Origin: an uncultured Bacteroidales bacterium
GTDB lineage: Bacteria; Bacteroidota; Bacteroidia; Bacteroidales; VadinHA17
Direction of reading: 5' to 3'
DNA length: 64,000 nucleotides
Assembly (NCBI GenBank): GCA_963791065.1
Contig: CAWBQN010000006.1
Span: forward strand, 36,319 to 100,318
Shown here: positions 1-6,273 of the stretch, piece after piece
Layout of the letters: every line of letters begins with the position of its first letter
Position numbering within the stretch: the stretch's first letter is position 1
The notes under the pieces: generated by a model
Database searches by the model: none
What the model saw: the letters and a program-made list of their open reading frames with translations, nothing else
Told to the model about the DNA's origin: nothing
Program-made: the position numbers and the translations under genes

Positions 1-1
1 A

Positions 2-1033
2 ACAATCGGATTGATGGCTATTGTCTGGAGCATTGCAACGGCTGTTTGTGCATTGACCGGAAATTATGTTCAGCTATTCATGGCCCGCATATTTATAGGA
101 TTTGGTGAAGCAGGGTATGCTCCCGGAGGAAGTGCATTAATATCAGGAATGTATCCCATGGAGAAAAGATCCAAAATGATGGGGTTATGGAATGCGTCCA
201 TCCCCCTGGGATCAGCAATCGGAGTGACAATGGGCGGCATTATCGCGCAGGCGCTTGGCTGGAAGCATGCCTTCGGAATTGTTGCAGTGCCGGGCCTGTT
301 AATTGCAATTCTTTTCATGTTTGTGAAGGATTATAAAACGGTTGATCTTTCATTTATCGACAAGAAGAACAATAAGATAAAGATGGAAAAGAAGGATATG
401 ATACGTGAGTTCCTGGCAAAACCATCGGTATTATATACCTATTTCGGAATGGCTGCCGTAGTCTTTGTAACAACTGCAATGATAGTCTGGCTTCCAAAGT
501 TTTTCGAAACCGGCAACCATCTTGAGCCAAAGATTGCCGGCACTCTGGCCGGTGCTGTTATGATGCTGGCCCTGATAGGAGCTCCTCTTGGCGGTTTTCT
601 GATAGACAGATGGAGAAAAACCGAACCCAGAGCCCGGCTGCTGTTCCCTGCTATATCAACATTTATTTCAGCCTTGCTTCTTTTCATTGCATTTTTCCTC
701 TTAAAAGGGAACGGGCAGATAGCAGTATTGTTCCTGTTCGGTGTCATTATCATGACCTTTATAGCAGGTGCTGCTGCAGTCACGCAGGATGTCATTCATC
801 CCGGATTAAGGGCAACTTCGTACGCGATAGCAGTTGCTGTTCAGAATTTACTTGGTTCCTTTACTGCTCCGATTGTGCTTGGGAAAATATCAGACATTTA
901 TAATATCAAAACAGCTATGGCAATCCTTCCTTTCGTTTTAATGATAGGCGCCCTTCTTTTTTATATCGGATCGCGCTATTACATGCAGGATATGTCAAAA
1001 GTACCGCCTGTTCAGCTGGAGGTGGCACAATAG
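2..1033 (+). CDS. MFS transporter (5' end cut by window edge)
   Basis: The frame stays open back to nt 2, so the TTG/ATG at 11-16 is internal. Polytopic hydrophobic protein with MFS-like loop GFGEAGYAPGG. Family call only; substrate unknown. Confidence 0.8.
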   Translation, partial: TIGLMAIVWSIATAVCALTGNYVQLFMARIFIGFGEAGYAPGGSALISGMYPMEKRSKMMGLWNASIPLGSAIGVTMGGIIAQALGWKHAFGIVAVPGLLIAILFMFVKDYKTVDLSFIDKKNNKIKMEKKDMIREFLAKPSVLYTYFGMAAVVFVTTAMIVWLPKFFETGNHLEPKIAGTLAGAVMMLALIGAPLGGFLIDRWRKTEPRARLLFPAISTFISALLLFIAFFLLKGNGQIAVLFLFGVIIMTFIAGAAAVTQDVIHPGLRATSYAIAVAVQNLLGSFTAPIVLGKISDIYNIKTAMAILPFVLMIGALLFYIGSRYYMQDMSKVPPVQLEVAQ

Positions 1034-1068
1034 GAAAATGTATAAAAGATTAATTGCGAATGGAGCTT

Positions 1069-2043
1069 CTATTTGTCCCTTGAACTGGTATAATGGACAA
1101 ATCCTTTAAGGGATTCTTTCACCTCCGAATCGGGATAGGAATCAAGGATGGCGAGGGCTTTATCACGATACTGATTCATCTTAATCTCTGCATATTCAAG
1201 ACCTCCATAATCCATAACAAAAGTAATCACCTCTTTAATTTCAGCCCTGGTCTTTTTTTTGTTCCTTACAATATTAAGAATATGCCTTTTTTTTGAGTTA
1301 ACCGACTGTTCGAGCGCGTGTATCAAAGGAAGAGTGATCTTCTTTTCCTTAATATCATTTCCAACCGTTTTGCCTGTTAGTCCTGTTCCCTCATAATCCA
1401 GGATATCATCCCTTATCTGAAAAGCAATCCCTATATTCTCTCCAAAGTCTTTCATCAGCTGGATCACCTCGCTATCTTCCGATACTGATCTCGCACCGCA
1501 TGCAGTGCATGCTGACAGCAATGCGGCAGTTTTACTGATTATGATTTTGTAATAATCCTCTTCTTTTATATTCAATTTTCTGGCTTTCTGCAGCTGTAAA
1601 AGCTCACCTTCGGACATTGATTTTACTGCTTCTGAAATAATTTCGAGCATATCGTAGCGTGATTTTTCAACGCAGATATGCATGCCTGAAGAGAGAAGGT
1701 AGTCTCCAAGCAGAACAGCTATTTTTGAGTTCCACAGAGCATTTATTGAAAGGGCTCCGCGTCTTTCATGTGCATCATCAACCACGTCGTCGTGAACAAG
1801 AGATGCTGTGTGAAGAAGTTCAATACATGTTGCCGCAATATAAGTAGACTCTGCGATTGTACCATTGAGCCTGGCAGTTAGGAAAACCAGCAACGGCCTC
1901 ATCTGTTTGCCCTTGCGACGTAAAACGTAATTCAGAATGATGTTCAGTAAAGGAATATCACTACGCATGGTGCGGCTGAAATAGGCTTCAAATTCGGCCA
2001 TTTCAGTTTCAACAGGTCTCTTTATTCCGGAAAGAGCAGACAT
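1069..2043 (-). CDS. trans-polyprenyl diphosphate synthase (IspB/HepT-like, quinone side chain)
   Basis: Both Asp-rich motifs are present (LVHDDVVDD, FQIRDDILDY). 324 aa. Chain length cannot be inferred. Confidence 0.9.
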   Translation of the reverse strand: MSALSGIKRPVETEMAEFEAYFSRTMRSDIPLLNIILNYVLRRKGKQMRPLLVFLTARLNGTIAESTYIAATCIELLHTASLVHDDVVDDAHERRGALSINALWNSKIAVLLGDYLLSSGMHICVEKSRYDMLEIISEAVKSMSEGELLQLQKARKLNIKEEDYYKIIISKTAALLSACTACGARSVSEDSEVIQLMKDFGENIGIAFQIRDDILDYEGTGLTGKTVGNDIKEKKITLPLIHALEQSVNSKKRHILNIVRNKKKTRAEIKEVITFVMDYGGLEYAEIKMNQYRDKALAILDSYPDSEVKESLKGFVHYTSSRDK

Positions 2044-2059
2044 AAATAATTATTTCGGT

Positions 2060-2067
2060 CAAATATA
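2060..2067 (-). promoter_or_regulatory. candidate Bacteroidota -7 promoter box (TAnnTTTG) for the polyprenyl synthase gene
   Basis: + strand caaatata, which is TATATTTG on the - strand, 17 nt upstream of the start at 2043. Confidence 0.35.
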
Positions 2068-2090
2068 ATAAAAAAGGCGCAAAGGAATCA

Positions 2091-2125
2091 GTAATAGGTA
2101 ATCGGTAATTGGTAATCGGTAATCA
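2091..2125. repeat. five tandem heptamers GTAATNG
   Basis: GTAATAG GTAATCG GTAATTG GTAATCG GTAATCA read directly in the sequence. Confidence 0.9.
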
Positions 2126-2140
2126 GATTATAGCACCCAG

Positions 2141-2199
2141 CCCTGTGAAATAATGCTTAATCGTAGGCTTTTGTGCTATTTTTGTACTATTTCACAGGG
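2141..2199. repeat. 12-bp inverted repeat (ccctgtgaaata / tatttcacaggg) with a 35-nt loop, flanked by direct gcacccag copies
   Basis: Arms at 2141-2152 and 2188-2199 are perfect complements. gcacccag occurs at 2133-2140 and 2203-2210. Confidence 0.85.
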
Positions 2200-2251
2200 C
2201 CAGCACCCAGCACCTTTTTCTACCGGCTTCTATCATATCGACATATTTATA

Positions 2252-2259
2252 TATATTTG
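2252..2259 (+). promoter_or_regulatory. candidate -7 promoter box (TATATTTG) for arsR-family gene
   Basis: Matches TAnnTTTG, 20 nt upstream of the ATG at 2280. Confidence 0.4.
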
Positions 2260-2279
2260 CATGATGAAACTTTTTAAAA

Positions 2280-2582
2280 ATGGAATTTAGGGAACTTAAT
2301 CCTGAGACACTTGAAAAAGCTGCAGGAATGCTAAAGGCAATAGCACACCCGGTACGAATAAGTATAGTAGGATGTCTTGAAGACGGTAAGAAAAGAACTG
2401 TGACTGAAATTCATACGCAGCTTGGAATAGAACAATCTGCTGCCTCACATCATTTAGGAATTCTTAAGGACAAAGGAGTACTTGCTTCAAAAAGGGATGG
2501 CAAAAATACGTGGTATTATCTGAAACATGAAAACCTGAAAACAATTTTGGATTGTGTCAGCAATTGTTGTGAAGAGAAATAA
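2280..2582 (+). CDS. ArsR/SmtB-family transcriptional repressor
   Basis: Winged-HTH core LKAIAHPVRISIV...TVTEIHTQLGIEQSAASHHLGILKDKGV. 100 aa, with Cys-rich tail DCVSNCCEEK. Confidence 0.85.
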   Translation: MEFRELNPETLEKAAGMLKAIAHPVRISIVGCLEDGKKRTVTEIHTQLGIEQSAASHHLGILKDKGVLASKRDGKNTWYYLKHENLKTILDCVSNCCEEK

Positions 2583-2609
2583 CAGGATATGTTTTGATAA
2601 AAACCTTCA

Positions 2610-3215
2610 TCAGAGATTCCGGAACATCCTCTTCTGAAATAATATTATGGCTGCAACTCCGCAGGTTATTGATGAATCAGCAATGTTGAAAACAGGTCTG
2701 AAGAAGACAAGTGATTCTCCTGGTTTGAATGGTGACCAGTGCGGCCAGTGGGTATTAATAACCGGAAAATAGAACATGTCGACAACTCTTCCGTGGAGGA
2801 AAGAGGAGTAACCACCTCCCTGCGGAAAAAGGACAGCGTGCTGATTGAAGCTTTCACTGAAGATCATTCCGTAAAATGCACTGTCTATAATATTCCCGAT
2901 AGCTCCTGCCATTATTGCACTGACAGCCAGAATCAACCCGAGGTTTGCCTTTTTTCTGATCAGTGAAACAAGAAACCAGCCAATTCCAAATATTGCTACA
3001 ACTCGGAAAACGCTTAGTATCAGCTTGCCGGGTTTGCCTCCCATTTCCATTCCGAAAGCCATTCCATTATTTTCAATGAAATGGAGGATCCCCCAGTTGC
3101 CAAAAAGATGAATCTCCTGTCCGATCTCCATATGGGTTTTAACCCAAATCTTAAGGACCTGATCACATAAAAGTATCAGAATTATAAGTAAAACAGATTT
3201 TTTCCCTGTTGACAT
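2610..3215 (-). CDS. lspA: lipoprotein signal peptidase II
   Basis: Four TM helices with LspA-like blocks ENNGMAFGM and FNIADSSI. Start placed at the internal ATG (MSTGKKS). The upstream 28 codons of the ORF look like a non-coding extension. Confidence 0.85.
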   Translation of the reverse strand: MSTGKKSVLLIILILLCDQVLKIWVKTHMEIGQEIHLFGNWGILHFIENNGMAFGMEMGGKPGKLILSVFRVVAIFGIGWFLVSLIRKKANLGLILAVSAIMAGAIGNIIDSAFYGMIFSESFNQHAVLFPQGGGYSSFLHGRVVDMFYFPVINTHWPHWSPFKPGESLVFFRPVFNIADSSITCGVAAIILFQKRMFRNL

Positions 3216-3350
3216 TATTGCTAAGTTAAAATAAGGAGCGCAAAATAGTAAAAAAAAAGAAGAAGACAATTTGCAGAATAAAAGAAGAGGATGTCTCAAA
3301 AGTTGCTTTTTACCCCCAAAGGGAGATGTTAAACTATCTCAACCCCCCAA

Positions 3351-3616
3351 CCCCCCGTATGGGGGGCTATTTAGATTTAGGAGTTAAAAGTCCCCCAATT
3401 GGGGGATTTAGGGGGTTGATAAAGTCACATTTGGGGGATTCAGGAGTAAATATTTGAGAGAGGACTATTGAGACACCCTCGGTGGCTCTGAAAGAGCCAG
3501 ATATGAATAACCCCCTGTGAAACCGGGGGTAAGTTGACTCTAAGATACCATCAGCTCTGAAGGAGCTGAATATAAATGTAAATAAATCAAAATTACATTA
3601 AGCCACTACGTGGCTT
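3351..3616. repeat. cluster of at least six short GC-stem hairpins
   Basis: Hairpins: cccccc-gtat-gggggg 3351-3366; ccccc-aatt-ggggg 3392-3405; tggctct-gaa-agagcca 3483-3499; accccc-N9-gggggt 3510-3530; tcagctc-tgaag-gagctga 3551-3569; aagccac-tac-gtggctt 3600-3616. Confidence 0.85.
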
Positions 3617-3692
3617 GAAAACATAATAAAGATCTCTGTCATTATATAGCTCCAGCGAGGGATCTCCCGCATTGATTGAGAGCAACCACCTG

Positions 3693-4505
3693 CTATTGAC
3701 AAATGGTATTTACTTTATTTGAATCCCAGCAATACCAGTTGGTATCTCCCATGTAATCAACAGATTTCACATGGCCATTCAATGTAGTTGTATTCCATTC
3801 CACATTGACATCCGAAAACTTCAATCCGTTAAAATAATGAATTGTATAATATGCATTCAAAGCGGCAGTTGTCGACCCGTACTCGATAAAACTATTTACG
3901 AAGGTGTCGGCTTTTATATAAGTATATTTTACATATCCGACAGTTTCTGCTGTTTTCGTCCAGTCAACCTGAAGTAATGCCACAGGCGTCTGCGGCTCCT
4001 GATAAAGTATCCATTCACCACCAGTACCATCCAGCTTTGAAGTACCTTCAAACCAGAGAAAATCCGTATAGCCTCCCGTACCTTCCAGGGTAATATACAT
4101 TTTCCATTGAACGTCACTGCTTCTGATCAGACCCGTGAGTCTTGCCTTATATGTCTCGTTTAAGTAGGTTACACTATAGCTCCATTGCCAGTTTTTTGTT
4201 GAAATATATACCGGAGCCTGACCGACAGTTGCTTTAAATGCTGTTATGGGTACACCCAGGTATGTATCATTGATCTGTTTCCAAACCGCGGCAACTGTTG
4301 CAGCAAAATCCCAATTGCTGTTTTCCGTACCTTTTTGCAGAGGCAGCACCTCAAATGATTTTTTTGCTGTAGTGAAATTGCTGAAATCGATTATCATAGA
4401 TTCCGGAGGAGGCAAAACCGGAGGGTTCCCTTTGTCCTTTTTGCAGCTAATGATGAATCCTGCAGAAAGAAAAAGTACGAAAATAAGAGCAATCACCTTT
4501 TTCAT
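3693..4505 (-). CDS. lipoprotein of unknown function
   Basis: Signal peptide plus lipobox (FIISC). Trp/Tyr/Thr-rich beta-type composition. No family recognised. Confidence 0.6.
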   Translation of the reverse strand: MKKVIALIFVLFLSAGFIISCKKDKGNPPVLPPPESMIIDFSNFTTAKKSFEVLPLQKGTENSNWDFAATVAAVWKQINDTYLGVPITAFKATVGQAPVYISTKNWQWSYSVTYLNETYKARLTGLIRSSDVQWKMYITLEGTGGYTDFLWFEGTSKLDGTGGEWILYQEPQTPVALLQVDWTKTAETVGYVKYTYIKADTFVNSFIEYGSTTAALNAYYTIHYFNGLKFSDVNVEWNTTTLNGHVKSVDYMGDTNWYCWDSNKVNTICQ

Positions 4506-4566
4506 TGATTGGAGTGTTAATTATTGAAATTAAACGAAACAACAAGTCCAAATTGTTGTTATTCTG

Positions 4567-4574
4567 CAAATATA
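4567..4574 (-). promoter_or_regulatory. candidate -7 promoter box for the lipoprotein gene
   Basis: + strand caaatata, which is TATATTTG on the - strand, 62 nt upstream of the start at 4505. Confidence 0.3.
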
Positions 4575-4713
4575 TAAAGAGAGAACCTGAAATCAGTACA
4601 ATAAATGGTATATTATTATCCCGTTCTGGCAGACACGGTTCATAAAAAAAATTGACAACTAAAAATGGAGGCTGAATTAAAGGTTTAATTATCTTTATGA
4701 AAATATTGGTCTG

Positions 4714-4729
4714 ATCAAAAATATTTGAT
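4714..4729. promoter_or_regulatory. operator-like inverted repeat ATCAAA-N4-TTTGAT upstream of actA
   Basis: atcaaa aata tttgat read directly. The half-site atatttgatt recurs at 4788-4797. Confidence 0.3.
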
Positions 4730-4758
4730 TCAATAATAAATTATTTTAGTCATTTTAA

Positions 4759-4766
4759 TATTTTTG
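4759..4766 (+). promoter_or_regulatory. candidate -7 promoter box (TATTTTTG) for the act operon
   Basis: Matches TAnnTTTG, 75 nt upstream of the actA ATG. Confidence 0.3.
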
Positions 4767-4841
4767 GGCATGTTGGATTTTGCAGGGATATTTGATTTAA
4801 TCCGGAAAATTAAGTTTTAAATATTCTATAATTAGGTATCA

Positions 4842-6242
4842 ATGTGCAGATATTCCGCAGAAAAAATTAGATATTTATTCCTGCTTATCTCCCTTGCTTT
4901 TATCATACTCCCTTGTCAGGCCAGTATAATTCAGGTAACCGAGACCGGTAAACAGGCTAAAGTTCTGGGAAAAGCACCATTAAAACAACAACAGAAGGAT
5001 ACTGGCAGATTTCAGAAAACGGATACCACAAAACAAGCCGGGAAAGATACATCCAAACTCCAGAAACCCGATACCGCAAAAGTTCAGGGAGGAGACACAT
5101 CAAAAGTTCAGGGGAAAGATTCCCTTAAGCTTAAAGGAAATGATTCACTTGCCTTGCAGTCAAAAGATACAGTGAATCGTCCTTTACCTGATTCGGTTAT
5201 CTATAAAAAGAGTGATTTTACAGGTGAAGAGCTGATAAGAGGTGAACGTCTCTTTTATGGTCTGGTTTATCTTTCCGATAAGTCGGTCAATTGTGCGAGC
5301 TGTCACAATGCCCGCGTATCTGATACCCTCAACTGGAACCCCGATGCCCTGGTCATTTCAAAGAAGTATCTGAATAAAAGTGCTCTTGAATTGAGCAAAG
5401 TTCTGCTCAAGCCGATCGGCCCGAAGATGAAACAGGTGCATAAGGGTTTTCAGCTTTCTGCCTCCGATATAGTTCTTATCAAGGCTTACATGAACAAATT
5501 CACCGGAATAGGGCTTGCACAAAATAAGCCGCTGATCACGAATCTCTTAATTCTTATTATTTCGTCTGTTCTATTTCTTTTTTGCGTTATTGATCTTATA
5601 ATCAAAAAAATATATAAAAATCAACGGATCAAGTGGATAATTCTCTCTGTCACCGGTGTTATCATTACCTGGATCCTGGCTGTCAATGCAATTGCTTTTG
5701 GGAGGGCTGAAGGATATTCCCCCGACCAGCCGATTAAATTTTCACATGCCATACATGCCGGACAAAATAAGACAGATTGTATATATTGTCATTACACGGC
5801 TAAAATCAGTAAATCAGCAGGAATTCCTCCGGGGAGCGTCTGTATGAACTGTCATCTGCTGGTACGTAACGGAACCAGGTCGGGCGCTTTTGAAATTGCC
5901 AAAATTGTTGATGCTTTCGATAACAGGAGAGCAGTTCAGTGGGTCAGACTGTACCGGCTTCCGGATTTTGTTTTTTTCAGCCACGCGCAACATGTAAATG
6001 CAGGGCAGATTACCTGCGATGCATGCCATGGAAACGTGAAGGAAATGAACAGGCTTGTACAGGTTCCTGATCTGTCAATGGGGTGGTGCATAAATTGCCA
6101 TGAAACAAGAAAAGTAAATCTAAGTAATGAATATTACATGAAATACTTTCCAGGACTTTCCGATTCCCTAAATGCCGGGAGGGTCGACAGTGTTATGATC
6201 GCAAGCATCGGAGGTAAAGATTGCGGGAAATGTCATTATTAA
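4842..6242 (+). CDS. actA: alternative complex III multihaem cytochrome c subunit ActA, with extra N-terminal monohaem domain
   Basis: Six CxxCH motifs: CASCH 5292-5306, CIYCH 5778-5792, CMNCH 5841-5855, CDACH 6015-6029, CINCH 6087-6101, CGKCH 6222-6236. First gene of the actB-F cluster. Confidence 0.9.
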   Translation: MCRYSAEKIRYLFLLISLAFIILPCQASIIQVTETGKQAKVLGKAPLKQQQKDTGRFQKTDTTKQAGKDTSKLQKPDTAKVQGGDTSKVQGKDSLKLKGNDSLALQSKDTVNRPLPDSVIYKKSDFTGEELIRGERLFYGLVYLSDKSVNCASCHNARVSDTLNWNPDALVISKKYLNKSALELSKVLLKPIGPKMKQVHKGFQLSASDIVLIKAYMNKFTGIGLAQNKPLITNLLILIISSVLFLFCVIDLIIKKIYKNQRIKWIILSVTGVIITWILAVNAIAFGRAEGYSPDQPIKFSHAIHAGQNKTDCIYCHYTAKISKSAGIPPGSVCMNCHLLVRNGTRSGAFEIAKIVDAFDNRRAVQWVRLYRLPDFVFFSHAQHVNAGQITCDACHGNVKEMNRLVQVPDLSMGWCINCHETRKVNLSNEYYMKYFPGLSDSLNAGRVDSVMIASIGGKDCGKCHY

Positions 6243-6273
6243 TTGAACATAATTCAAGAAAATTCCTTCAGGA

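Noticed and set aside
2091-2125. Possible CRISPR-like or minisatellite array. The same question applies to 27357-27400.
   Set aside because: The units are 7 and 14 nt with no spacers and only 2-5 copies. There are no cas genes. These are simple tandem repeats.
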